Shown here: positions 24,530-36,972 of the stretch, in pieces
Position numbering within the stretch: the first letter of the stretch is position 1
Layout: every line of letters starts with the position of its first letter
From: Somniosus microcephalus
Taxonomy: Eukaryota
Length of the DNA: 64,000 nucleotides
Direction: 5' to 3'
Assembly (NCBI GenBank): GCA_052327205.1
Contig: CM126223.1
Coordinates: 62,806,001 to 62,870,000, forward strand
Notes under the pieces: generated by a model
What the model was told of the DNA's origin: nothing
Databases searched by the model: none
Seen by the model: only the letters and a program-made list of their open reading frames with translations
Translations under genes and position numbers: made by a program

Positions 24530-25753
24530 ATTCAACTATCTTTTTTAAATGACTCCAAAGTTGTTTCCTCCATTCCCTCACTCTTTGCGTTAAGAACATT
24601 TTTGAGATCGGGCTTAAATTTACCTTTCACCAGTTTGAATCTGTGCCCTTTCCTACATGTGTGACTGACCTTGAAGCATTGCTGTGGATTTACCTCTTTC
24701 ACTGTACGATTAAATATCTAATATAATCGCCGACAAGCACAAGCCACAGTAACTCTTAAAGCAGAGATAACTGTAAGAGGCACAAAATGCTTCTGATACA
24801 ATATATAGAGCCATGGACTCATTAGAAGATAAAATATTATCATTCAGTATTTCAAAAAAAGGACGGCGAAGGGGAAAAAGTTGATGCATTCAGATAACGA
24901 CTCTCACTGGTGAATTTTAATGGTGTTGAGACTTTCAACATTATCTTTTGAACTTCACAATGTTGAAATTCTGGTTGCTAGAGACCCACGTGTCTTTGGG
25001 CGATGCAGCCTGGCTCTTTCCCATTTGTAAATCTTGTTGAATCGCAATTGATTGAACGTGGGTTTTTCCAAATCAATAGCAAAGTCACTTACCGTCAGTT
25101 CTGTAGTCCAGTTTAGCCAGGCTGCCTGTGTTTATGGGAGCAAATATTTGCGCAGTTGGAGGTCAAACTCTCGTCCTCTGAGCAAATAATAGCTGGGCAC
25201 ATTCTTAAACTTTCAAACCACTGATCGACCCTTAGCCTGCATAGACCGTCAAACCGTGATCTGAATCGTAAAAGCATGTAGAGTAATTTTGCTCTACACT
25301 AACTCATTAGGCTATGTAAATTTGGCGGTGTGGTGGAAATCGTATAGGACAGTATCCCAGTGCCTTCAAGGCATATTTATCCAATGTCTACTTGCTAGGA
25401 CTAAACAATAAGCTAATATAGTGATTTGTTAAATGGGTCCTATCGCTTTTAATGAAGGTTTATCTATTTAGAAATAAGATAAATGCATTTGAAATGAGAG
25501 TCCTGACTTCCCAATAAGATTTATACGATTTTGGCCAATGCATGTTCATATACAGTTGATTAAAGCTTTCTAATTGTAGTATGGTGTCCAAAGTCCGAAT
25601 AAGGGCACTATCCAAAGATTTCGCCATTTTATTTATTTTTATTATGAACTTGGTTGCTTAAGGTGCAGCCTCAGCCCAGGGTGCAAAGTGTGTAATATGA
25701 GGCTGAGTCAAGACCTTCCAAACTTGCCTGTTGAAGGTCTGCATTGAAATAAT

Positions 25754-26382
25754 GGCCCAGAAATTTGGGTTGGGGGCTTCCCGCGGGTGAAAGCCCCCGA
25801 CCTGCACTTACCTAGCGCGCCGGCCGTTTGAGCTGTGGGCCCGCGTGGAATTGCGATCCTGGGCCTCCTCCAACTGCTGGCGCGCAGTGCTTGCGTATCC
25901 CAGGGGCGCAGTTCGTTCGATGCGTCCCCTGGGATCACGTGGGCCACGGAGAGCCAATGGTAGCAGGGAATGCTTCAACTGTTAAACAATTTAAATTTTT
26001 GAAAAAATAACTACATTTTCTAACAGAGCTAAAAATAAACTTACCTTTCTTTAACGTATTTAAAAATAATAAACCTGTGGAAAAAAGCTTTAATTTTAAT
26101 TAATTCACCACTTACCTTGTTAAGAGCAGGCCTTGCGCCTGCTTTTTAAAAGTGTAACTGTTGGAGACTTACCCTCCCGGAAAAACCTGGAAAAAAACCG
26201 GAAGTTCGATGCACACGCGCAGCCTCTCCCACGCACGCGTTCGACCACTGAACCCCTTTCAGGGGAACTGAAGTGACGGTTTCCCACGCATGCGCAGTGC
26301 ATGCACGAAACCGGCACTTCCATTGGGCTTACGGGTGAGTACCCCATGCGTACTCACCTGTGGAGACCCGAATTTCTGGGCC
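25754..26382. mobile_element. non-autonomous DNA transposon (PIF/Harbinger-group, ISL2EU-like)
   Basis: 17-bp TIR GGCCCAGAAATTYGGGT with AT on both flanks; GC-rich subterminal regions around an AT-rich centre; related copy at 42804-43576. Confidence 0.7.
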
Positions 26383-27557
26383 ATTTGGCTTTTGAGCAAG
26401 AGTCCAGTGCTTCACCCCAAAGTTCTGTTTTTTATTTTAATTTTAAAGCAGACAACTGGAAGTTTTCATCACTTCACACTGAGCTTGCTTGATTTTAATG
26501 AGACCCTTGTGTAAGGTACAAATTGGAATAGAGGAATTAGGGCAGGACTGAAGCCTGCAGTAGGCCCCATGAGCCTTCAAAGTTCACACACTGACCTCTG
26601 CTGCCAGGGTAACCATTAATCCAATAGGTGCAAGTTAACCCAGGTGACATTGGGACTCATTTCTCCCTGTGGCTTAATGGCTGAATGCCTGAATCACACA
26701 GTGGTACTTACAGTACTAGGCTGTAGCTTAACAGAGCCATCAGTCTCCCTTATACATGTGGATTTAATCATGTGTAACATTGGATTAGGTCTTTATTTAA
26801 ACTGGGGCTTCTCATTCATTTGATATTCAAGGCTTGCTGGTAGTCTCTCATTTTGTGTGAACAAGTGAATTGAATTCAGATCCAAATTGAGTTTCGTCAC
26901 CCTTGACATGGCCTATAGCTATTGTTTGTGCAAATCCTGTTTACACAGAGAGGTCAAGTCAGGTCAGTTATCCAAAGAGATACTTCAGATAGATGCTTAA
27001 GCTATGTAAAGGGCCTAAAGAATGCCATTTTCTTGAGGCCTATCACAATATGAGGACAAGCTTTAATTTTCCTCGAAACAGAGAGCTTTTGACTGCTAAC
27101 ACTAAAAGAACTTTTGTATTCTTTCCTCCTCCCCAGTACAACTAGCTTTAAAGTCTTCTATTTGCATTGATCAGACTTGCCTATTTAATGACATGGTCCC
27201 GTAAAGCTGAATTCTTAATCAGTTGTGATGGTGTACAGTATATCTAAATGAACAAAGGTTTTTGCACTTTTATATACTTTAAAAAAAAAATGGGAATAGG
27301 CAGCGTGGATTTGGTTGAGATTCTTGCAGGAAACTACAGTAGTGTTGGTGGAATAGGCCTCTTGTGTTCTGATCGGCCTGTTCCATTTGGCTGCCTTGAT
27401 GGTTCAGTGGCTAAGTGCATGGAGTTGAGCGATACGGAGTCGCACACTGCAGTTAAGGGCCCATCTCTGCTCCTGGTGACATTTGCTTTACTGTTATGGG
27501 AGACCTTACACTAATACCAACTGTTGACGGCACATGGATCTTGCACAGTACTTCATT

Positions 27558-27718
27558 GGGGGTGATTTTAACCTAACTTAGAGCGGGGAACCCCACCGGA
27601 TCGGGTGGGATGCCGATTGTTGCACCCCACCCAATATTACTCTCCGATGCCGGGGTGAAAACTAGCGTTCCGTCTGATCTCCTCGGCTTCCCAACTGCCG
27701 GGTTAAGTTAAAATTGCC
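27558..27718. mobile_element. small MITE
   Basis: Imperfect TIRs GGTGATTTTAACCTAAC / GTTAAGTTAAAATTGCC. Confidence 0.55.
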
Positions 27719-29644
27719 AGTGACTGGGAGAACCTTTTTTTTTGTTTAAACTAAATAAACCTGGTCACCTTGGCAGTGGGCCTTTTGAACGTCCAGCAGC
27801 TTTAACTGCAGGCTGTAGCTGGCCGCAGGAGAGTGGTGTGTCGGGAACCGCCGGCGCTAGCACGAGTCTCGCTCGGTGGAAGAGCAGCTTTAGCCGATCT
27901 TGGCCAGAATGGCGTGGTGGAAGTTGAGAGTTGCTGCACTGGGCCTCTGTGCCCCTCGGCAAGGGAGGGAACAAGTCAGCCAATTATTCCAGGCTTTTTT
28001 GTGTATGTATATTGGGGAGTGGGAAGAAGGCGAACTGGGTAAGGGGAGAATCTGACTCCATTTGGACTGTCAAGAAAGCTCACTTGCACTTATTGCTCTG
28101 GCTCACTTATGAAGTAAAGACGATTGGCATTGGTACTTGAGGGCTGTGGAACTGTACTGTAGAATAAGCAAGCTCCTTTTGTGGAAGGTGGGAATAAGCA
28201 TTCATTCTGTTTAAGACAGGCAGTATTCCATGTATGAGGTACTATGCTCTTATTACATTGAGACAGCAAAGCACAAATATGCCTTCAGTTGAAGGCCTTG
28301 TATAAAACAACAGCTGGCAACATGAATTTGGTGAAGGTCTCCCCACCATTGCATAATTACATGCCTTAAGCTACCTCCTGGTATTTGTGATTTTGTGTGC
28401 TAGAATTATTATGCTGACCATTTTGCTCACTGTATTCTACCACTTAAAGCATCCTGTCAGTAAAACCCCAGAGCATTCAGAATATAATTTGTCTGACATT
28501 TTTCCAAAGCAGTGCAATGTAGCCTGGTGGGACCGTGTCAGTCGTATCCAATTCCCTTCCGACGTCTATTGAGGTTACACCACTAATGCCCTGTAGATTG
28601 CTGAAATCGTCCGATAAAGCCACCGGCCTTGGGCTGAATAACCGGGAGACGATTTAGACTTGAGAGGCTCGTGACAAGAGTCTGGACGAGGAGAATAGAC
28701 TTCTGCCCCCTTGGCGAAAGCATTTTATTGTACATTTGATACATTCTAGCAAACAAAAACCCTGATATCAGTGTTCTATTTTTTTTTTAGTTTTTGAGTG
28801 AAAGCAGAATAGTGGTTTCACATTATCTTTTTCCTGTCCGGAGAGTTTGGAATGCCTTCGAGGCCCATGCCAACCTTTAGATGTTCTCGTGTGGCCCAGT
28901 CTCTGCAGCAACCAGATTTATTGGGCTGAAAAGGTATTTGGCCCCATTTGCATGGTGAAAAAGCAAACTTGTAGCTATGAACTTGGAGCAATTAGAATGC
29001 TTTTAGTTGAAGTAGCAGGTCTATATGCAGTCGGTACTCGGCAATACCTTTATTACTAGAGTGTAGGGTTTGGGGAAAAAGAGAACTTGGTGGAAAATTA
29101 GCACAATTGAACAGTATAGTATTACTCGGCATGTAGCTTTAGATTAACACACTAACACACTAAATGTGAAAATTATTTGGTGCTTAGCGTTGAAAACAGG
29201 CGGTACGTAACAACAGTAATTACATTTTAGTTAAATACTGGGAGACCATTTTGCACAAATTTTCTGAAGAATGTTTTTTGGAAGCTAAACTCTTTGCTAC
29301 ATTTCCAGCTCCCCTGAAGCATTCCTGCCTCGGCCTGCGCACCAGAGATGAAGCAGGCAGCAAAAAAGAAACACGACTCCGGCCCTGAAAATGTTTCCCG
29401 GCATTATTGGGATCATTTTTATTTATAGCTCTAATTTATATTTACAGCAAGCGAAAGATTTCCATGTGTGGAAGATCTGGAAGCTCGAGACATTTTTGGT
29501 CACTTTTTTTCCGTTGGGAGCTGTGGGCAAACACATCTCATTTGACAACTTAGCTGTAGCAACACACCAGTAATGATTTGCCATTCAAATGCTCTTTAAT
29601 TTGAACGCCTGTGGGGATTTTTAAAAAACTGATGGGCGGGGGAG

Positions 29645-29735
29645 CGGGACTAGCTGAAGTGCTCTTGCACTGAGAGCCGGCATGGCTTGATGGGCCGAAT
29701 GGCCGCCTTCTGTGCTGTAACCATTCTATGATTCG
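29645..29735 (+). mobile_element. CR1 (HER1-like) 3' tail
   Basis: GATGGGCCGAATGGCCGCCTTCTGTGCTGTAACCATTCTATGATTC. Confidence 0.75.
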
Positions 29736-30797
29736 ATGAAATATTCTCTTTTTGGCTGTGCGGGTGAACCGAGTTTGGAAAGTCTCAAAATTCAATGGAC
29801 CTGGGCCCACAGCACCAAACTGGCCCTCCATCTGGGCACTAATACCAGACTGATTCATTGCCTATCTGGGTATCGGAGTGTCTCACAGCAGGTCCCTGGT
29901 TCAATGTAGCATCACTGCTAACCTGATCAGAAGGTTTCCAATCCCACATTGTTTCCAGTAGACTTTGTGATAATAGGAGTGGATTGAACCAAATCACATA
30001 TACTTCCACACCGGTTACAGACCAAGTTAATGTATCATTTTTGGCTTTCTCCCTCAGCCAACACTGGATGGCTGGTGTGGGAAATGGAAAATATCATGCT
30101 GATGCAGCAGTTGGTGCTTGGGGGTGAATTACTTGGCATAGACTAGAAGGAGCTTTACTTTGCATCTAACTATGCTCGACCGACCCGGGGGGTGCTTGAT
30201 GCCAACCATTGGGCCTACTTTGGGCCACCGAGGGTGCCGTGGTCACCATTGTCACCTAACAAAAATCAGCACAAAGTGCCCCTTTTGAGGGCACTACTAA
30301 TATAACAATTATATGGTCCAATCAAAATATTTTTTAAAAATGAAGCTCAACATAAGCAAAATAGTCCCCACAAACAAAGGGAACTTTCACAGCTAAATCA
30401 GAATGTTGTTTCCAGTGTCTGACACTCTCGACCCTGAAGTGCCCACCAGTTGCGGAAGGCCTCAAGTGTACCGGTGGGCACTGGATGTTCCCTCTCCAAG
30501 GTCACCCGGGCATGGAGAATAGGTTGCCTGAGCTTTATTGTGCATCTAACCTCTCATTGAGCATAAAATTCTCTCTCTCAAAAAAGCTTAACTTATTGCA
30601 TGACATATTTCTTGCCAAATCCAGTTACTCTTGACAGTCTTTATGAAATTGTACAGGCAGGGGTCTGAGCGTAGGCACACCTGATGGGGACTATAACACT
30701 CCAGGTCACTGTTCTCATTCCTTCCCAGTCTATTAAAGTCCGAAATCCAAGCAGAACATATCCTGTCAGATTGTTGTATTTTCACAGCGATGATCCC

Positions 30798-30995
30798 AGG
30801 TTGTGAATCTTTGGAATTCTCTACCCCAGAGGGCTGTGGATGCTCAGTCGTTGAGTATATTCAAGACAGAGAGATTTTTGGGTACTAAAGGAATCGAGGG
30901 ATATGGGGACCGGGCAGTAAGCCATGATCTTATTGAATGACGGAGCAGGCTCGAGGGGCTGTATGGCCGACTCCTGCGCCTATTTCTTATGTTCT
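30798..30995 (+). mobile_element. CR1 (HER1-like) 3' fragment
   Basis: GTTGTGAATCTTTGGAATTCTCTACC (VVNLWNSLP) and the GGAGCAGGCTCGAGGGGC tail. Confidence 0.8.
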
Positions 30996-31289
30996 CTTTG
31001 TTCTTGTGTTAAAAGCACCTCTTGTAAAGGTGAGCGACAGGGTGTAGGTCAGTCCGTCGGTGATGTAAATGGTGGGAGGGCTGTGCGGTTCAGCCAAGGG
31101 GACACTAAGCTGCGAGATGCTGTTTGCAGTTTAAAGAAATTAATTTACCAAAACTGGAAACGGGGCGTTATTCTGTGAAATAGCCGCACGTTTATCGGGG
31201 TTAGACTTCATTTATTGCTTCTCCTTTTAATCTTTCATATTCTCTTTCTATAACTGTATGTAGGACATTGGTATTGTTGTGGGACTTTC

Positions 31290-31605
31290 ATTTCTGCTCC
31301 CCTATTGATGTTGGCAGTTGCTGGGGTGTAGTTCCATGAGTGCTGACTGACTACATATTGCTACCACACAGTTGGGCTATTTGACCATGGGAGACCCTGC
31401 AACAGAGTCTGATTCTGCCCAACATTCCTCCTCCCCCCACCCCCCAACACACTTTTTTCCACAGTGGTCACTGCATAGCAATCAGGAGTCAGATTTTTTT
31501 GACTGCTCCTTCCTTCCACCAGCCCACCCTACCCTCCCCAAACCAGAGATACTGAGGCTAACTATAGAAACACAACTACTACCACAGTTGAGCTCAGCAA
31601 GCTCG
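31290..31605 (-). mobile_element. old tRNA-like SINE (second family)
   Basis: GGTCACTGCATAGCAATCAGGAG motif shared with the family. Confidence 0.4.
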
Positions 31606-31634
31606 AAGTGAATTTAAAAAAAATTCCCAATCGG

Positions 31635-31760
31635 GTTGTGGGTGTCGCTGGCAAGCCTGGTATTTATTGACCATCCCTAGTTGCCCTCGGAGGTGGTGGT
31701 GGTGAGCCACCACCTCTGACCGCTGCAGTCCGTGCGCTGAAGGTACTCCCACAGTGCTGT
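31635..31760 (-). mobile_element. CR1/L2-group LINE 3' UTR fragment
   Basis: Matches 2770-2895. Confidence 0.7.
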
Positions 31761-31891
31761 TACTGTATATAACTGCTTCATAGCAGAACATACTCCTCAT
31801 ATCTAATAATGGGAATTACATCGCTGACCCCACGTACAACCATTAAGAGCCAAGCTTACTTATAGTGGACAGTGTGATTCAGTAAAACAAA

Positions 31892-32003
31892 TAAACGTTA
31901 ACTCTGTTTCTCTCTCTCCACGGATGCTGCCCTGGCCTGCTGAGTTTTTCCAGCATTTTCTGTTATTTCGGATTTCCAGCATCCGCAGTATTTTGCTATT
32001 GTA
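31892..32003 (+). mobile_element. Penelope terminal-repeat fragment
   Basis: AAACGTTAACTCTGTTTCTCTC..GGATGCTGCC..CCAGCATTTTCTG, nearly identical to 44524-44632. Confidence 0.75.
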
Positions 32004-33094
32004 ATCATTATATTAGCATGGATTAAACCAGCTGATCTGTACCCAAATACTGGTAGTTAAACTGCCCTGTGCATAAGCTTCAAGGGTCACCTTGCTTTTG
32101 AGTTACCAACAGTGTTTGCAAGACTTGTTTGTGGATAGGTCAGTGCTGGCTTTTATGTATTCGTGGTGTTAATCAATAACTAATGAGTGACTGCACACAC
32201 TGGCGATGCCTCTTTTTTTTCTTTTCCACCCCCAACTGTTGTGTACTTGTAAGGAGAGAGCTAAGTCCCTGTTGCTTTTGATACCTGTGGTGAGTGCACT
32301 AGGAAGCTGGAAGCTTGCTTCAGACTTTGATCCGAAGGCATGCTTTTGTTACAGGTACACACATATGCCTCGGCCAGGTTTATCTAAGCAAAATAGAGGC
32401 CGTGAAAAGCAGCACGCGCTGAAGCGGTGTGCCTTTGTTGAACAGTCCGGCTTTTCAAGGGTACGCTGTTGAAACAGTTGGTCGTTCACCCGGGTCAGCA
32501 GAACAAGAGGACAGCTGGGTTTTTTTGGAAAAGAATCCTACAGCCAACTCTGATGAATAAGTTCAACGGCAAAATTGGACTGCAGTGAAACCTGTGATCA
32601 AGATCATGGGCCTGAATGGATCACCTGAGACCGTTCCCACTTGTCGATTGATTCACACCCACATGTCTGGTGGGAGATGGCAAGTTTGTGAAAACCCAAG
32701 TTAATCCGAAAGGTTGTGATTCACTGCCCGGTTTAAAGAATACTTTTGTTTTCTTTCCCAGTGACTGGGAGTATTATTTTCTGAACACGTGGTTCTTGTA
32801 AAACCGTAAAGTACCTCGTAAAATGTGTCCTGGAAATCCGTACGTGCTGGTTCCTGCCATTGAAGTGTTTTTACACTCGTGAACTGTTGCTTCCAGTTTA
32901 CATGTGTCCTGCAGGCTCCAAAATAGCCAAGAATAGGATTGCTTAAACCGGTTGAGATTGGGGGCAAACTAGGATATCCTATGTAGTCTCAGTGTACCCT
33001 TGTGTAATGTAATGGCCCTTACTGTTCAGGCTGTCTTTCTCCTCATCTTTCCTCTCTTTTCCCCCCCCCCCCCCCCCCCCCCCCCCAAAAATCA

Positions 33095-33420
33095 GAAGAC
33101 TTTCCACCAGTAGGCTACCTTGTGTCAGTGGTCATGATTCATGTGTAAACCTGGCTGGTGGCTGTCAAGCTATTTCACTAAGAGGGAAGGATATCATGGT
33201 CTAGTTTGATCCTGTCCACACCCATCCAGACATTGTCCGATAGATGTAACGGGATAGCGATCCAGGAGCTTGCTCTCCTTTCTCCCTTCCCCCTTGAACT
33301 CAAATATAATGGTGCCCCTGGGTGAGAGCAGCTAACTTTTTAAGACCAGCAATCAGACCTATGATCTTCCTGGCCAGTGTGCCTCGGGTCCCTTGTTGGA
33401 TGGTTCATTTTACTCCCATC
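33095..33420 (-). mobile_element. old tRNA-like SINE (second family)
   Basis: GGATAGCGATCCAGGAG and GAGAGCAGCTAACT motifs; preceded by a poly-C tract at 33061-33086. Confidence 0.4.
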
Positions 33421-34192
33421 AAAGAGCTTGTTTGTTCTGCCCTTTCTAAACGAGATTTCCTTCCGTTTCCAACGCGGTCAGGTGTAAATGACGTGAACTG
33501 CATCTGCCGAGTGCAAGAAAATGCCCCAGACCTGAAACCTTTTGGTAATCTGCAGAATCCGACTTTTGGGAAGTGGGTTGATCCCAGTTTAAAATGGACA
33601 ATGGTTCGGCACCAAGAGGCCAGAGGAGCACTCCATTATTGGAGAGACGAACAGATGTGTGTGAACTCAAATCTGCTTGTAACTTGGAATGCTGAATGTG
33701 TCACAAGAAGTAGAACTCGAGAGTAATCGGAGCTTTAGTCGGTATAAATTTGTAAAATATACATAATTGCTTTAACTTCTGAAAAGTGCTGGAAGGTTTT
33801 TAGAGCTGGATACAACACCTTGTTACAGAAGATAATGTACTGGGTTTGACACCCACTATCTTAATTATTAAAGTGTTGATGAGTAATGGGAGCCACACAG
33901 ACTGAAATAGCTCCTGACGCTCCCTGGCACACACTCCTTCAATTGCTGAAGAATCTCCCACTTGCTGTTCTTGAAGCTTCACTGGTATCGGCTTGGGCTT
34001 TATGTCTGAACCAGATCATTAGTTATTGGCAAAATATACGCATCCACTCATTATCACTACCTTGGTGGTGCCTCTTGCACTCCGCAGCCTCCCCCGGCTG
34101 CGAGGACCAGCTGGAGAGTTGCTTTCGGGAATAACAACAGAAAATGCTGGAAAAACTCAGCAAGTCAGGCAACATCCGTGGAGAGAAATTTG

Positions 34193-34227
34193 AGTTGACG
34201 TTTCGGGTTTGACCCTTCTTCAAAACT
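34193..34227 (-). ncRNA. minimal hammerhead ribozyme motif variant in Penelope 3' repeat
   Basis: Minus strand AGTT-TTGAAGA-AGGGT CAA ACCC-GAAACGTC-AACT: GUC cleavage triplet, U in place of C3. Confidence 0.55.
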
Positions 34228-34466
34228 GGAGAGAAAAGGAACTAGATCGAAGGCAGGGCTGCGATCGGACAAAAGAATAAAAGAACCAAAAGAAGTAAAA
34301 GAGATTAGAAGCTAGACGAGATGGTAATAGGCTGTGATTAGGTGTAAAGTGTACTGGCAGGGCAAAAGATAGCTGCCAGGTGTGAGAGAGAAACAAAAGG
34401 AAAGGGGGGGGGGGGAAAAAGGAAAGGAGTGGAAAAATATAAGTGAAAATGAAATAGGGGCCGAGG

Positions 34467-35762
34467 TTATGATCTGAAATTGTTGAACTCGATATTGAGA
34501 CCGGAAGGCTGCAGAGTGCCTAATCGGAAGATGAGGTGCTGTTCGTCGAGTTTACGTTGAGCTTCCGTGGAACAGTACAAGAGGCCAAGGACGGTGAGGT
34601 CCGAGTGGGAATGGAGCGGTGAATTGAAATGACAGGCGACCGGAAGCTCGGGGTCACCCTTACGGACTGAACGGAGGTGTTCCGCAAAGCGGTCACCCAA
34701 TCTGCGTTTGGTCTCCCCAATGTAGAGGAGACCGCATCGTGAGCAGCGAATACAGTATACTAGATTGCGAGAAGTACAAGTAAATCGCTGTTTCACCTGG
34801 AAGGGGTGTTTGGGGCCCTGGACAGTGGGGAGGGGGGGAGGTATAGGGGCAGGTGTTACATCTCCTCTGCTTGCACGGGAAGGTGCCAGGCGAAGGGGAA
34901 GGGCTGTTTGGGGTGATAGAGGAGTGGACTAGGGTGTCTCGGAGAGAGCGGTCCCTGCGGAATGCTGAAAGGGGAGGGGAGGGGAAGATACGTTTGGTGG
35001 TGGGATCACTTTGGAGGTAGCGGAAATGCCGGAGGATGATCCGTTGAATGTGGAGGCTGGTGGGGTGAAAGGTGAGGACAAGGGGAACCCTATCGTGGTT
35101 CCGGGAGGGAGGGGCAGGGGTGAGGGCAGAGGTGCGGGAGATAGAACTGACACGGTTGAGGGCAGTGTCAACCACGGTAGAGGGGAATCCTCGGTTGCGG
35201 AAAAAGGAAGACATGTCTGAAGCACTAGTGTGGAAGGTGGCATCGTCGGAGCAGATACGGCGGAGGCGGAGAAACTGGGAGAATGGAATAGAGTCCTTAC
35301 AGGAAGCGGGGTGGGAGGAAGTGTAGTCCAGGTAGCTGTGGGAGTCAGTGGGCTTGTAGTAAATATTGGTCGATAACCTATCCCCAGAGATGGAGACGGA
35401 GAAGTCGAGGAAGGGAAGGGAAGAGTCAGAGATGGACCATGTGAAGGTGAGGGAAGGGTGGAAATTGGAGGCAAAGTGAATGAAATTGTCAAGTTCGGGG
35501 CGAGAGCAGGAAACGGCACCGATACAGTCATCAATGTATCGGAAAAAGAGGTGAGGGAGGGGACCCGAGTAGGACTGGAACAAAGATTGTTCCACATAGC
35601 CCACGAAAAGGCAGGCATAGCTAGGACCCATGCGGGTACCCATGGCAACACCTTTGATTTGGAGGAAATGAGTGGAGTTAAAGGAGAAGTTGTTCAATGT
35701 GAGAACAAGTTCAGCCAGGCGGAGGAGGGTCGTGGTGGATGGGGACTGGTCGGGCCTCTGTT
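34467..35762 (-). pseudogene. Penelope RT + GIY-YIG endonuclease ORF fragment with a single +1 frameshift
   Basis: Removing one G from the G7 run at 34832-34838 joins ORF 34693-35910 to ORF 34467-34796 (CNTCPYTSPLPTVQGPKHPFQVKQRFTC). Confidence 0.85.
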
Positions 35763-36501
35763 CTTTCGGGCCTTTGCCAATGGCCAATGGCCAACCACGA
35801 GTAGGTGGGAGAGAGAATGGCCTGGGGTGTGACTTGGCCTCAGTATCAGACATACTAACATCTGGGGTGAAGATTTGCCGCGGCTCTTTCGAGGGTGAAG
35901 ACCTGAGCAATTGTTGCTGTAGTAAATTCTTTGGGATGGTGGGGAAAATTCAGGGACGGCTTGAGGCCTCATCAGACTGTTGTTGCAACTCCTTCATTTA
36001 GTCTGTTCGACACACAATCTATCGGCAAACCAAAGGGGTGGGAAGCGTACGTCTGTCTTTTTAAAAAATGCAGCCGATCGTTCAGAGAAGAGTGAGTTGA
36101 AAGGTGTTGCTTTTTCAACTGCTTAGAACAAACTTGCTCAGACACTGGATGCATTTTACAATGTTTGCTTAATAGCAATAATTGGATAAATGGAGCACTT
36201 TCCTCATTTATGTGGGCGTTGCCATTAAGATGGATTAACTGTCTGAAAGCTTTACAGTGTATTAACATTGCTGCTGATGATGGCAGCTCCCGAGTCTGTA
36301 ATAATGCAAATAAGGCGACCCTTCTGCCACTGGAGGCAGTCTGCGACGCCAAAAGCAGTGACCTCGTCCTGCACCTCTGGCCAGCACCGCAGCCTCTGGC
36401 TACGCAGATCTAAAGCGGCTTGCCACTAGAGGGAAGCCATGTTTTGTTGGCTGCCAGTGAGGGGAATTGGGCCCGTTTGCAACCTCACAATGGCTACGAA
36501 G

Positions 36502-36972
36502 AAGAAAGAAAGACTTGCATTTCTGTAAAGTCTTTCACGACCACCGGACGTCTCCAAGTGCTTTACAGCCAATGAAGTACTTTTGAAGTGGAGTCGCTGT
36601 TGTAATGTAGGAAATGCGGCAGGCAATTTGCGCACCGCAAGCTCCCACAAACCGCAATGTGATAATGGCCAGATAATCTGTTTTTGTTATGTTGATTGAG
36701 GGATAAGTATTGGCCCCAGGACACTCTGGATAACTCCCCTGTTCTTCTTCGAAATAGTGCCATGGGATCTTTTACGTCCACCTGAGAGAGCAGCCGGGGC
36801 CTCGGTTTAATGTCTCATCCGAAAGACAGCACTTCCGACAGTGCAGCACTCCCTCAACACTACACTGGGAGTGTCAGCCTAGATTTTTGTGCTCAAGTCC
36901 CTGGAGTGGGACTTGAACCCACAACCTTCTGACTTTGAGGCAAGTGTGCTAACCACTGATCCACAGCTGACA
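36502..36972 (-). mobile_element. Deu-domain tRNA SINE (SacSINE1-like), full length
   Basis: Complete head, core and tail. Confidence 0.88.

Larger units (their letters stand above)
34130..35762 (-). mobile_element. Penelope-like retroelement, 5'-truncated, young
   Basis: RT (GVAMGTRMGPSYA, RYIDD), Cys-rich linker and GIY-YIG domain (LVYCIRCSRCGLLYIGET..RFAEH); 3' terminal repeat. 8-bp TSD CTTTCGGG at 34122-34129 and 35763-35770. Confidence 0.92.

Noticed and set aside
26560-26750. Possible LF-SINE-like relic
   Set aside because: Only a short head-like similarity by eye; cannot be supported without a profile search.
30110-30560. Two GAGCTTTA.T.TGCATCTAAC segments and a 10-bp stem at 30438-30482
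   Set aside because: Probably remnants of another old repeat; too degenerate to classify or to call structured RNA.
35763-35910. N-terminal part of the 405-aa ORF
   Set aside because: Lies outside the Penelope TSD; it is flanking DNA read in frame by chance.
34929-36001. Overlapping alternative-frame and antisense ORFs (240 aa, 124 aa, 109 aa)
   Set aside because: By-products of the C-rich Penelope coding strand.
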